Assembly (NCBI GenBank): GCA_965218425.1
Contig: OZ244621.1
Span: forward strand, 160,001-224,000
DNA from: an uncultured Candidatus Binatia bacterium
Lineage (GTDB): Bacteria; Desulfobacterota; Binatia; UBA9968; CAXXLF01
Length of the DNA stretch: 64,000 bases
Direction of reading: 5' to 3'
The notes beneath the pieces were generated by a model. The model was not told where the DNA came from, did not search any database, and saw only the letters and a list, made by a program, of their open reading frames with translations. A program made the translations under genes and the position numbers. Positions 49,963-60,260 of the stretch are shown here, in pieces. Position 1 is the first letter of the stretch. The number at the start of each line of letters is the position of its first letter.

Positions 49963-51369
49963 GGGTAACTCCTCCTTTATGGTATGATTTGAATAACGCG
50001 CCGCACGATTGATGAAAGCTTTGATCAAAGCAGCCCGGGAATATGTTACTTGGTGCTCGGCACGAATCCTGCGCACGGCAGCTGAGAGCAGCGTATGCGG
50101 ATAGGGCAAGCCCGTGAGAACGCTACGCATCAACTCACCTCCGAGATTCGGAGGGATATTGTCCGCCTTGCCTTGTGTCGCTACCGATACCAGCAAGCGA
50201 AACAGCGAAAGATGGGGTGGGTCACGCGGTGAGCGCTCAATGGCCAGATCGTCGAAGTGCCCCTTAATCCGTCCGGCCATTTCTGCCACCGTACTGTGGT
50301 GCCAGAAACGGATGGCGATACGTGCTGCGTTGGGGGAGAGCCCCAGCGCGAAAAATTTAGCTCGACCATCGTTGTTCTCCAACAATCCCTGATCGATAGC
50401 TTTGTAAAGGCTGGTTACTGCCTTAACGTTACGGTCTGGATCATCCTTGGGCGGCTCACCAAAAATATCGACAATTCCGGTTTCCAATTCCGTGGGTCTG
50501 TCTGCCCAGAACACTACGCTCGCATCTCCTACTTGCAAACGTTGCGGCGAACCTTTGCGGAGCAGGTAATTCAGCGCTGTAGTGTAGTTAAACGCGGCAC
50601 GTTTACCGACCGGTGAATTATAACCTTGCGATTTGTTAAATGACCGAAAGGCAGGGTTTTCTTGATCATTTACTGAAACGATTTTGGCTCCCGACGTTTT
50701 CGCATCCCACACCCCCTTGATTGCTGCATGCAGACGCTCGATTTCGTCCGTATTGCCTGTCACCAGACACAATCCACTGGCGCTCTCTACGGCTTGGCTT
50801 GCCTTGACGGATTCCACTACCGCCGGTCGCTGGCATACAAGGTCTATGTCTCCATGCAAGCGGAACGTCAAGTCTGGGTTGGTTGTCCTGACTTGCTCCC
50901 AGGTTTCTTTGCAGTTCTCCAACGCCTCATGAGGTGGACGCTTGTAAAACTCGATCACAGCACGTATGGCCGGATCATCGAGAAAATGCTCTGATTGTCT
51001 CTGGATATTCTTGACAAAAGCTTCTCGCCTATCGTTTAGCTGGTCTCGATATTCGGCTTCTTTGCCCTTGCTCTTCTTTTCCGCCAACTTTTTTTGGTCA
51101 GGGAGTCCCAGCACATACTCTGCATTTCCCCACAATAGATTTGCCGCAATGTTGACTGACTTCTTCTCGCCTTGTGGAACCAGGAACGGCTTCGCCCGTT
51201 TTCTTTTACCATCACCCTCGCGTGTGTCTTCGACCTGCGCTAGGTTTCCTTGGGTGTCAATTTCGATAACGAAAGGAATCTCCTTCCACTCGAATCCCGG
51301 CGGAGCCATGTACGCTTGCGGGTCGGCGCTTTTGCGTTCGTAGTAATCGTAGAGCGCTTGCAAAATCAT
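49588..51369 (-). CDS. cas8c: Type I-C Cas8c (Csd1)
   Basis: [51 protein letters not shown]. Confidence 0.95.
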   Translation of the reverse strand: MILQALYDYYERKSADPQAYMAPPGFEWKEIPFVIEIDTQGNLAQVEDTREGDGKRKRAKPFLVPQGEKKSVNIAANLLWGNAEYVLGLPDQKKLAEKKSKGKEAEYRDQLNDRREAFVKNIQRQSEHFLDDPAIRAVIEFYKRPPHEALENCKETWEQVRTTNPDLTFRLHGDIDLVCQRPAVVESVKASQAVESASGLCLVTGNTDEIERLHAAIKGVWDAKTSGAKIVSVNDQENPAFRSFNKSQGYNSPVGKRAAFNYTTALNYLLRKGSPQRLQVGDASVVFWADRPTELETGIVDIFGEPPKDDPDRNVKAVTSLYKAIDQGLLENNDGRAKFFALGLSPNAARIAIRFWHHSTVAEMAGRIKGHFDDLAIERSPRDPPHLSLFRLLVSVATQGKADNIPPNLGGELMRSVLTGLPYPHTLLSAAVRRIRAEHQVTYSRAALIKAFINRAARYSNHTIKEELPMSLNEANMNVGYRLGRLFAVLEKIQEEANPGINATIRDRYYGAASSTPVTVFSTLLKLKNHHLSKLENRGRAVNLEKRIGEIMEGLGDFPAQLHLADQGRFAIGYYHQRQNFFQKIESTSSQAA

Positions 51370-52097
51370 CCCTGCACCTCCTCACTGTCCCAGGCCGGAA
51401 CGTTTACCGCGCCGTTCATCAAGCTCGCTCGGAAAAAGCGTGGCCTAGGACTGGCCGGATTACGGTAGTCCATATCGTACAGCATGTAGCCCAGCTCACG
51501 TGTCTCGGAGATCGGTTGCACTTGCGAGTCTTCTGGCCTCACCAACCTGAAATCGGCGGTGAATTCGCGGCAGCCTAGATACGGTTGATTGACGCACTGT
51601 CCCTTGGCGGCGCGACGCTCAAACATCGTCATAAATTTTGCCATCTGGTTCGGTTCGAGGTCCATATCGGCCTCGTCTGCGTTCACCGTTCGTTTGCTCA
51701 GATGCGGGAAGTTCGGCTTGTGCAAGCCGGGATCGCGCAACTCGAACGCGGCATGGATACGGTATTGCACGTCACGAAGAAACAAACCCGCACGCTGTTG
51801 ACGCTCGTCTTCGATATAGACGCCCAACTGACCGGCGCCGGATCTCATCGCGCTTTCGATGTTGCGCGGTGAAACAACGCAGCCGACTTCGTTGCGGCGC
51901 AGATTGATCCACTTGATGGGATTGAGCACTTCGATCTTGCTCACCTGCCAGCGTATAGCCGGTTTCCAGAGGACGGCTTCAAATATGGCACGGGCTGCCG
52001 AAGGTGTCATTACGTCATAACTGACACGCTCGACTTTCATCTCCGGCCGTGTGAAGCAAGCGAATTCGCCGCTGACTTCAAGGCAATAGGTTTTCAT
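51366..52097 (-). CDS. cas5c: Type I-C Cas5 (Cas5d)
   Basis: ACFTRPEMKVERVSYDVMTPSAARAIFEAVLWKP, QPYLGCREF. Confidence 0.95.
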   Translation of the reverse strand: MKTYCLEVSGEFACFTRPEMKVERVSYDVMTPSAARAIFEAVLWKPAIRWQVSKIEVLNPIKWINLRRNEVGCVVSPRNIESAMRSGAGQLGVYIEDERQQRAGLFLRDVQYRIHAAFELRDPGLHKPNFPHLSKRTVNADEADMDLEPNQMAKFMTMFERRAAKGQCVNQPYLGCREFTADFRLVRPEDSQVQPISETRELGYMLYDMDYRNPASPRPRFFRASLMNGAVNVPAWDSEEVQG

Positions 52098-52114
52098 TGC
52101 TCCTCCCTAGCTGA

Positions 52115-52660
52115 TCAAATCGCTTGGATCAGGGTTCGTCTCGCCCGCCAAAGAGCTGACAAGTGGATCGTCCCTTCAGGCATACGACGATAGAGTTCGC
52201 GCGCATCGGCACGGGAGTTGACTACCGCCGGCACAGAAGGATGTCGGCAAATGTGCTCTGTGATATCGTTCCAGTCTTGCGGTTGATGGAAGTCTTTCGG
52301 CATGGAAACGGCAACACGGTCCAGATCGCGAGACAGGGCATCCGGGTCTTTGATGATCTCACGGATGTGATCAAGACCTCGGATTGTGCGTTGAAAAGTT
52401 TGCAGCGTGCCCAGTGCCGGTTGGGTTGCGGTCGATAATACAAAGGTAACGCCGTAGTAACGCCCTAGCAGATTCATCACGTCGAGAACTGGCTGTAAGA
52501 ACTCGGTCGGCAGAAGTTGCGCCTCGTCGAGCACCACCACACTGTTCGCGATGTTATGCAACTTGCGACAACGGCTGGTCTTGGCGGCAAAAAGCGACTC
52601 GAAGAACTGGACGTTGGTTGTCGCTATCGAATGGCGCGTCCCAATTTTTCGCATTCAACG
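52115..52660 (-). pseudogene. cas3: cas3 helicase internal fragment (frameshifted, no HD domain)
   Basis: NWDAP in one frame; TTNVQFFESLF..RCRKLHNIANSVVVLDEAQ..SATQP-like in another; both ends missing. Confidence 0.88.
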
Positions 52661-53127
52661 TTAGCCCCGGGGTCTTACCGTCAAAAAGCCCACGATCAAT
52701 GCGACAACTCCGGCCACTATTGCGATTACCAGGAATGCTGCATCCATTACTACTAGCGATACCTTGAAGATGAGAAGGCCGAGCCAGACAAGAGAATTCC
52801 AAATTCATTCAAGCCATGCAATGTCGCTACCCTTACGGGCGCCGATTCACGTCACCCCGGCCGAAAAGGCAGTTGTTCCAGTCAGCGCCCATACGGTCGG
52901 GGTGGCGTCTTTCGCGTGCGGCTTCGACGACGTGTCCAACGACACCGGGCGCCGACCATCGGTCGGGACCTTCAAGCGTGTCCAACCAGGGTTTGATCAC
53001 CTGCTAGGATAGACGTGTCGCCGGCGGGTTGTAAAACGGAAAGATTTTGGGCTCAGGGCTAATTCAATTTGGGCAAATGCGGGGTCGTTGCCGCCGTTGT
53101 TGCGGGGGCTCGACGCGATGCGGGGCC

Positions 53128-53401
53128 GGGGGTCAGGCACGCCTTCTTGCTATTCTGGGTTCCCTTCCCTTTCGGATTCCAGCTTGTATTGTACCAATCC
53201 TCTTGTGGAACGTCCTGTCCGTTTGGACGCGGTCAACCAAAAAATGGATGCGGTGCTTTCTCGTCGATAGCATTACCTGGGTGTATCGTTTGTGATAGTC
53301 TAACCCGACGTAAAGCATAGGGTCTTCTCCTTTCAGGTTTGATGGCCGCTGCAACCGCCATCCTACTGGAGCTTGACCCCTTTTTCATGTTACCTGATAC
53401 C
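53128..53401 (-). mobile_element. IS110-derived non-autonomous element, copy H (complete)
   Basis: Both ends; middle and left parts near-identical to copy I. Confidence 0.82.
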
Positions 53402-53505
53402 GGTTTCATTATTGATCCGAGACGGTCCGAACTGACTCGAATTCTATTGAGGTGTCAATGCCTACTCGCCGAGAAGGTTTGCCGTTACGTCAAGGGGGGT
53501 CTGTC

Positions 53506-54288
53506 TGAATCGACCCGGGTTTGACGGACAGTTAATTAAGCCACACGTTTGATCGAGTCGTATGCCGTTGGGGTGTGATAACCCAGCGACTCATGCTTTC
53601 TTCTTCGGTTATAAAACAGTTCAATGTAGTCGAAGATGTCCGACCTAGCTTGTTGCCTCGTGTGATAATCCTGATGGTGAACGATCTCATTTTTTAATGA
53701 GCTGAACAAGCTCTCAACTACCGCATTATCATAGCAATTTCCTTTGCGGCTCATGCTTCGGATCATCCCATGGCGTTTGAGTAACTCAACGTATTGGTTA
53801 GTAGAGTACTGAATACCCTGGTCGCTATGGTAAATCAGCCCCGTGGTAGGCCGGCGCTGTTCGATGGCCATCAGAAAAGCTTCACTGACCAATTCCCGGG
53901 TAGGACCCTCCTTCATTGACCACCCAACAACCAACCGAGAATAAAGATCAAGCGGATCTGTTTAATCAAAACCTTATCGCCCATCCTGCGCCGACACTCC
54001 CCTCGACCACACCAGTCGCAGTATCCACTTCGACTCACCTCTAACACTTGCCACATCCTCACCACCCTAAACTCTATCCTGTGAGCTCGTATAAACGCGT
54101 ACTTTACTTGAGCTCCTTGGCAAAGTACCTTGCGGCCTTTTTTAATATATCTCGTTCTTCCGTTACCCGCTCCAACTCCCGCTTTAACCGTGCTACCTCA
54201 TCGGTGAATCGCCTTCGCTTGCGCATTGAACACCTCCTGCGGGGATCTTCTCCCCTTTTGGGGTGTCCGTCAAACCCGGGCTACCTCA
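53506..54288 (-). mobile_element. IS3 family element with internal deletions
   Basis: TG...CA ends with IR core CCCGGGTTTGACGGACA; orfA tail ERDILKKAARYFAK; orfB HSDQGIQY, SRKGNCYDNAVVES; only 783 bp. Confidence 0.88.
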
Positions 54289-54352
54289 GGTCTTGAATTG
54301 TAGCATGAGGATTACGGAGCAAGTCGAGAGTTTTTCTTATACGTACTCTATC

Positions 54353-55507
54353 TCATTTGTTTGTTGGCGCCCGTAGCCAAAGATTGTTCCAGAATTCGTA
54401 TACATTGGGTAGAACACTAACCCGGAGAGCTGGGCTGCTGTATGATACCTGTTTACCGATAATTTGATCTCCAAAGGGAACAAATCTACTTTGCTGGAGT
54501 TTGCCATGAATGGGAATAAAACGCTGCGAAGCAAATTGTGCCAGTTGTCCTTCTATGCTCAGGAGCCAATTGACAAAAAGTCTAGCGGCATAGAGATTTG
54601 GTGCACCTTTCAGGATGACTACACTAGCAGTATTAGCGGGAGCAGGTTCCGGGCAGGTGAATCCAATGGGGGCTCCCGCGTCGACAATCTGGGAGGTTCG
54701 AGCCGGTGATGACGGTACCGCTGCATGAAACTCACCTACGGCGGCGAGCTGAGGCATCATGTTCAAACCTTCTTTGCGTAGCTGCGGCCTGACTTCGGTA
54801 AATAACTTGGTAAGAAAACTTTTTGTCCAAGCCTCTCCTTTGGCAACCCATAGGTTTAATACCCAAAGCTGTGGGCGATTAGCTAGGCCGAGATTTCCGT
54901 TGCGCCAGATAGGATTGGTGACCAAATCTTCCCATTTCCTGGGAACATCCTTTTGGGTGACAAGTTTGCGGTTGTATGACATGCACCAGTAGCTCACGCT
55001 TTTACCGAGCCACTGGCCATCTGGATCCTCTTTTGCTGTCTGCGGGGCATATGCCCATGCCGGGATATTACGCAGATTCTCCAACGCATTAAATTTCTTA
55101 TAATCGATTATATATCCCCCGACGCTTAGTAAGACATCGCCTAGAATTCTCCCAGCTCTATATGCTGTCAACGTTTTAACCGATCGATTCGCCTGATTTC
55201 CACCGGCATAATCGACATCCACGAACGGGTATCGCTCCCTGAACGGTCTTAGAAAGACCCGGACCTCTTTTGGGGTATACGGGGTGCCTCGGATTTTTAA
55301 CTTTCCTTCTCTTTTGGCTTTTCCTAGCCAATCCGTCGGCACTTGAAGCTCACGGTCGACGTTATCTAGCAGGGAGGGTTGTACGTTAAGGCTTTTGAGC
55401 ATCTCGATAGTAGATTTTGGAAGTGAACCAGAGTAAACCTGCGCCTCTGCAAAGGATAATAAAATCCAACTAACAGCGATCAAAACAACAGGTCGGTACA
55501 TCACCAT
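54353..55507 (-). CDS. ABC transporter extracellular solute-binding protein
   Basis: Signal peptide; KAKREGKL, YNRKLV, APNLYAARLFVNWLLSIEGQ. Confidence 0.85.
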   Translation of the reverse strand: MVMYRPVVLIAVSWILLSFAEAQVYSGSLPKSTIEMLKSLNVQPSLLDNVDRELQVPTDWLGKAKREGKLKIRGTPYTPKEVRVFLRPFRERYPFVDVDYAGGNQANRSVKTLTAYRAGRILGDVLLSVGGYIIDYKKFNALENLRNIPAWAYAPQTAKEDPDGQWLGKSVSYWCMSYNRKLVTQKDVPRKWEDLVTNPIWRNGNLGLANRPQLWVLNLWVAKGEAWTKSFLTKLFTEVRPQLRKEGLNMMPQLAAVGEFHAAVPSSPARTSQIVDAGAPIGFTCPEPAPANTASVVILKGAPNLYAARLFVNWLLSIEGQLAQFASQRFIPIHGKLQQSRFVPFGDQIIGKQVSYSSPALRVSVLPNVYEFWNNLWLRAPTNK

Positions 55508-55598
55508 AGATCCCCCTTTTACTATTTCCGCTTTGGAGCTGTCTGTTGTGGTAATCTCATAGCCCAATAACGTCAGGCGTCTTATGGTTCAAGCCACT

Positions 55599-57029
55599 TC
55601 AAGAAAATAGCGAACGCCATTTGTCGTAGGTTTTTCGTCTGAGATCTTCACTTCCTTTGTTTACTTCGGGAAATTCGTTTCTCCACTCCCAGGGACGACA
55701 CGCGATGATCAGAGCCCTGCTGCTCCTAAAGTCGCGGCGTTTTTTCCGTTCCGGTTCAATAATCGGATCCAGGGGACTCGATGGACAATCGTACTGGATC
55801 TCAAACGAACTTCCTGGGTCACATCTCGTAGCGATAGCCCAAAGAACGTCCTCGGCGTTAGATGGGTCAATGTCATCATCCACCACGACGAGGAGACGGC
55901 AGATCGTATGCATTAGCCCAGAAGCTATCCGTCCGACTTGCCTCGCATGTCCTGAATACTGCTGGGTTATAGCCACAACGGTAACCAAGCCTCCACCCAT
56001 ACTAAGATTGTAAACACCGGTGATCCCCGGAACCCCCGATCTCTCCAATCCCTCCCAAACCCTTAAGGTGCTGCTGCCGGAGGGGGGACACACTAGAGTA
56101 TCGACAGGCGGTTTCAACGGGGGTTCTCCGTGGAGGATGGGAAGGTTTCGGTGATAGACGGCATTTACTCTGATTACAGGTTCCATCTTTTCACCTCCGG
56201 CGTAGTAACCCGTAAATTCACCGAAGGGACCCTCTTTCCTTGTCTCCTCCGTTGGGGGTGGCACCTCCCCTTCAACGATCAACTCGGCCCGCGCTGGAAG
56301 AGGGAGCCGGGTTCTTGGTCCCGATACGATTTCTATCGGTTCGCCTTTGATAAAACCGGCCCAATCATACTCCGGGGTACCCCAAGGTGCCCCGGAGGTC
56401 GAAGCGGAAAATAGATAGGGTTCCACTGTAATCGCTACTGCAATGGGACAGCTTTTTCCGCTGGACCACCACTTCTTTATTTGAAGGTTTCCGTGGTGGT
56501 AGGGACCAATGGACAGCCCCAATGTCGTTTCATCATGCAGCATGCAACGGTAAGTTCCGAGGTTGATCCATTCCTCGTCAGGGTCCCTTGTAATCACGGT
56601 GCAACCAGTACCGAAATAAGGCCCTCCGTCGCGCTCGTGCCACTTGGGAGTGGGAAATCTTGTGAGCTCAACGGCCTTTCCCTCCAGCACGTTTTCCATC
56701 CACGAACTTGAGGTGACCTCTTCGGGTTTAATGGGTTTATAACTTCTAAATCTCTCGCGCCAGACTTTAAACATCTCAAAGGGAGTCGTATGCTCGGGAA
56801 GTCCGAGGGCGAGTGCAGACCTAGATGGGGTAGAGTAGGGTTTAGTGGCTATCCGATAACCTTGGGGAAAACCCTTGATCCGGTCAAAGAGGAGCATTGG
56901 CCCCTTGCGTTCACACATGAGCTCGGTAAGAGCACCGATCTCGATATTGCAATCAGCCCCCTCCACAACCTTGGTATCCCCTCGGCTTTCGAGCTCCGAG
57001 AGAAATTCACGAAAATCTCTCCAAGACAT
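55599..57029 (-). CDS. UbiD family (prFMN-dependent) decarboxylase
   Basis: HERDGGPY, NLGTYR, EGPFGEFTGYY, VVDDDIDP..VLWAIATR. Confidence 0.92.
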   Translation of the reverse strand: MSWRDFREFLSELESRGDTKVVEGADCNIEIGALTELMCERKGPMLLFDRIKGFPQGYRIATKPYSTPSRSALALGLPEHTTPFEMFKVWRERFRSYKPIKPEEVTSSSWMENVLEGKAVELTRFPTPKWHERDGGPYFGTGCTVITRDPDEEWINLGTYRCMLHDETTLGLSIGPYHHGNLQIKKWWSSGKSCPIAVAITVEPYLFSASTSGAPWGTPEYDWAGFIKGEPIEIVSGPRTRLPLPARAELIVEGEVPPPTEETRKEGPFGEFTGYYAGGEKMEPVIRVNAVYHRNLPILHGEPPLKPPVDTLVCPPSGSSTLRVWEGLERSGVPGITGVYNLSMGGGLVTVVAITQQYSGHARQVGRIASGLMHTICRLLVVVDDDIDPSNAEDVLWAIATRCDPGSSFEIQYDCPSSPLDPIIEPERKKRRDFRSSRALIIACRPWEWRNEFPEVNKGSEDLRRKTYDKWRSLFS

Positions 57030-57139
57030 CTATTCTCCTTGGCAGTGCGTAGGCGAATTAAATCCTGTAGCAAAAACCGCTGGCGATTATAGCTCTCGGA
57101 GCAAGACACTGTCAAGGCGCTGTATTGGCCACCGGAGCA

Positions 57140-57430
57140 CTTAACCACAGAATTACGGAGGGAAGATCCTCGCGCAAAGACGCAAAGGGCGGTAAGTCCC
57201 GAGAAGACATATTAACCGCAGATTCACACCGATTTTCGCAGACAATTTTTTCACCGCAGAGGCGCAGGGTAAGCAGAGAAATCAATTATTTGTTTGTCGG
57301 GAGACGACGACAAACAAGAATTTGTCTATTGCGGACAATAATCGGATTTCATCGAGCAAAGACGCAAAGGGTGCCAAGTTCAGAGAAGATATACTAACCG
57401 CAGATTTACGCCGAATTCGCCAGCGGACAG
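57140..57430. repeat. 9-mer short-repeat tract with hairpins
   Basis: CGCAAAGACGCAAAG, AACCGCAGAT units; TTGTTTGTCG-GGAGACGA-CGACAAACAA hairpin. Confidence 0.65.
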
Positions 57431-57435
57431 AATCC

Positions 57436-57687
57436 TCATTTCTTGCGTTTTCTCAGCCGGGTTTTTAGATCCGTTAGCGAAACAGTTCGCTGCTTTCTCC
57501 GATCCTCGATGATCTTCCAAAAGTCGGGAGAGGTTTGGAGGACCAAATCTTCCCAATCCCTTCCCTCAACACCAACGAGGACAGCAGCCGGTCTCCCATG
57601 TCGGGTTATAACCACCTGGTCTTCCTGCGATTTATCCATGCACTCTTTGACTTTCTTTTGTAAATCCCGGGCCGTTACCGTTTTCAT
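57436..57687 (-). CDS. Phd/YefM family antitoxin
   Basis: MKTVTARDL...VVITRHGRPAAVLV. Confidence 0.88.
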   Translation of the reverse strand: MKTVTARDLQKKVKECMDKSQEDQVVITRHGRPAAVLVGVEGRDWEDLVLQTSPDFWKIIEDRRKQRTVSLTDLKTRLRKRKK

Positions 57688-57983
57688 AAAATTTCCTCCG
57701 ATTTCTTTCCTGGTGGTTTTCTTCGTACTGCTCTTACGTAGACCACTTCTTCCTTGGCTGAGACGTCATAAAACACTCGGTACTCACCCACACACAATTC
57801 CCAGATCGGCGGTACCGCCTCCCATGTGGGAATCAGATTTGGCAGGAGTTTTCGGTTCCTTGTGGGAGAGTCCGGGGTATATGTAAGCTGCTTTTTAATT
57901 GCTACCAGTATCTGGTTCCTATAATACACTTGAACCTAGTCTAAATCCTCCACTACTCCCTCAGCAAACCGAATTGAATATAT
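57684..57983 (-). pseudogene. RelE/ParE family toxin, inactivated
   Basis: YSIRFAEGVVEDLD*VQVYYRNQIL...WELCVGEYRVFYDV; in-frame TAG at 57936-57938 and ATA where ATG is expected. Confidence 0.7.
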
Positions 57984-58258
57984 GCATATAGTATTGCATA
58001 TGTAATTATATTTATTAATTAATATGCATGGTTGCTTAGTATGGGCGTTCATGTCTGGGATTGTAGGATAGCGCAGGGCGTGGACTACCAACCACCGACA
58101 ATAGGACCACAAGACTAAAGGAAGACAGTGGGCAGTGAGCACTATGCAGCATATGCGGGACCACTGACTACAGGACTACGGGACAACCACAAAGCAAAAG
58201 GGCAAAGCGCAGAGCGTGCCCAGCACTGAGTGAAACGGGCAAAGATTGCTGCTCGACT

Positions 58259-58981
58259 TCAGAATTTCCGTTCCTTTCGGATTGCCGTGTAAGCATCATT
58301 GATGCTTTTAAACTTCTTCTCCGAAAACGCAATGAGCTCGGGACCGAGATGAGAAACTTTATCCGGGTGGTATTGTGAGGCAAGTTGACGGTAGGCTTTT
58401 TTAATTTCGTTATTATCCACTGTCGGCCTCAGGCCAAGGGTGTGGTAATGGTCGCTCTTCTTCGCAGGTGCGTAACGTAATTTGATACGCTCATGTTCGT
58501 CTTTTCCAATACCCACAGCGGAGACAACCTGTTGGATTGCCTCACCCTCTCCTTTTGTCACCACCTGATCTGTGGTGACAACTTGATAAACTAGATCCAG
58601 CAAGAGCAACCGCTGCTGCTGATTTGCTAATTGATCAAAGGCCTTACAGATCTGGCGAAGGTCGGGATCCGTGCGTTGTGTCTCGCCAATTATGGCGTCA
58701 ATAAATCGCAGCTCCATTCCCTTGTAATGAAGACCTCTTGAAAAGAAATCGTGAATGGTTTTTCGCTCGGTTTCCGAAATGGAACCATCCGCCATACAGA
58801 TCTTACTCAAGATCGCCACAAGGTACGTAATAAAGATCTGCTCCTGTCTGGGAGCAGTCCCTTGGCCGGAGGACGACATTTGGTTCCCTCTGGACATAAC
58901 ATGTTGCAACGCCCCGCCCACGATTGCCCCCAGGGGTCCCCCAAGCATGAAACCAAATCCAGCACCTAGCAACCAACCCAT
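58259..58981 (-). CDS. djlA: DjlA-like co-chaperone (TM, TerB, J domain)
   Basis: GGPLGAIVG, ADGSISE.E, J-domain HPD motif. Confidence 0.85.
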   Translation of the reverse strand: MGWLLGAGFGFMLGGPLGAIVGGALQHVMSRGNQMSSSGQGTAPRQEQIFITYLVAILSKICMADGSISETERKTIHDFFSRGLHYKGMELRFIDAIIGETQRTDPDLRQICKAFDQLANQQQRLLLLDLVYQVVTTDQVVTKGEGEAIQQVVSAVGIGKDEHERIKLRYAPAKKSDHYHTLGLRPTVDNNEIKKAYRQLASQYHPDKVSHLGPELIAFSEKKFKSINDAYTAIRKERKF

Positions 58982-59487
58982 AGAAGAAATTTCCTTATCG
59001 GGCAGCCCGCCTTCAAGCCTCCCGGGCTCCTACCGGAGAGCAAGGTAGAGATCCTATCTCTTACGGATACATGGGGTCAATATGAGCTAAAACAAGCATA
59101 GCGCATGGCGCAGAGCGACCTCCCTACTCCGCCCCCAGGTACCTCCAGGTGTTTAACCTTTTTTCATAACGAATCAAGCTAGTCAAAGATCCTACCTCTT
59201 CGGGCCATTCCAATCCAACAGGGGTGCGGCCGAAGGCAGCAACGGCCACTTAACCGCAGATCAAAATTGCGAAGCGCGCATAGAGCAAAGCGTATGGCGC
59301 AAAGCGTCAAGAGCGATTAGCCCAAGATTTTAAGAAATGTTACTTTCCAAAGACGCTAAGCACGCCAAGCTTGAAGAAAAACAGTAAATTGCCTAGGTAT
59401 AACGGCCGTTCCATAGCTCATCCAAAAATTCTTTCCACGAAAGAACCGTCACCGCGTCAATTTTCCTCATCGGGGTCAAGTCAATAG

Positions 59488-59790
59488 GGGCTGTTGCCCA
59501 AACGTCGGTTCAATAGCGCAATAGATCCAATCGAGCTATAACGTGTTTGTTTGCTCAAGCTATGACGGCTTGCTGCAAGACCATTGGATGGGGGGCCGCA
59601 AAGCGAATGGCCGCCCTCGTTGCTGCAGCCAATACGGCTCTGGGTTTTGGCCGTGCATGAACAATCATCAGCTGGATGTTCCGCACAACGGCAATCAAGT
59701 AATCCTGAATCTGAACCCGCCAACGACCACGCCGGCACGGTCGATGTACGGCCCTTTCAGGGGCTTTGCATGGGCGATTTACGGGTCATT
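59488..59790 (-). pseudogene. IS1182-like transposase C-terminal remnant with terminal sequence
   Basis: RRGRWRVQIQDYLIAVVRNIQLMI; end TTTGGGCAACAGCCC. Confidence 0.55.
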
Positions 59791-60071
59791 CCGCAACTTT
59801 TGAGAAGGCGAGATGAATCATATCAAATGTCAAGGTCTGACCCCACAACTTCACGGCCGTCTTCGAGTCTCAATCGGACGCACTCATCACCGACGTTAAA
59901 GAAGCCGCTTTTGCACGTCCAGTCCTCACCTCCATAGTTCAGCTTTGCTTGTTTTCCCGGCAATCATGTTGTGAAAAGCAAAACGTAGAGGCGCGGTGCG
60001 TATTGACTGATGCTCTGGACGAATCACAGGCCGCGGGAGATTGTCAAGATTGAAAGGCCTGACCCCGTGAC

Positions 60072-60236
60072 TTGAAGCTTTCGATACGCGGGACACACGT
60101 CCACGTTTCGGGGAAGCACCTTCAGAAGTATGTGAAGGAGTTCGAGTACCGTTATAACCGGAGGAAGCGGCCCGCCTCGATTTTCGGCGATCTGGTGGGG
60201 AGCGTCGGACAATCATCTCTTCCAGTAGTGCATTAA
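60072..60236 (+). pseudogene. IS1595 family transposase C-terminal fragment
   Basis: LKLSIRGTHVHVSGKHLQKYVKEFEYRYNRR. Confidence 0.75.
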
Positions 60237-60260
60237 AACGAGCATCGCTATCGGGGTGTT

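Noticed and set aside
53133..53354. Short MLYVGLD ORFs as functional small proteins
   Set aside because: Frames differ between copies and one copy lacks the segment, so they are transposase remnants
47504..53401. Calling the Cas3-less Cascade a CRISPR-associated transposon (CAST)
   Set aside because: No tnsB, tnsC, tniQ or intact transposase in or near the segment
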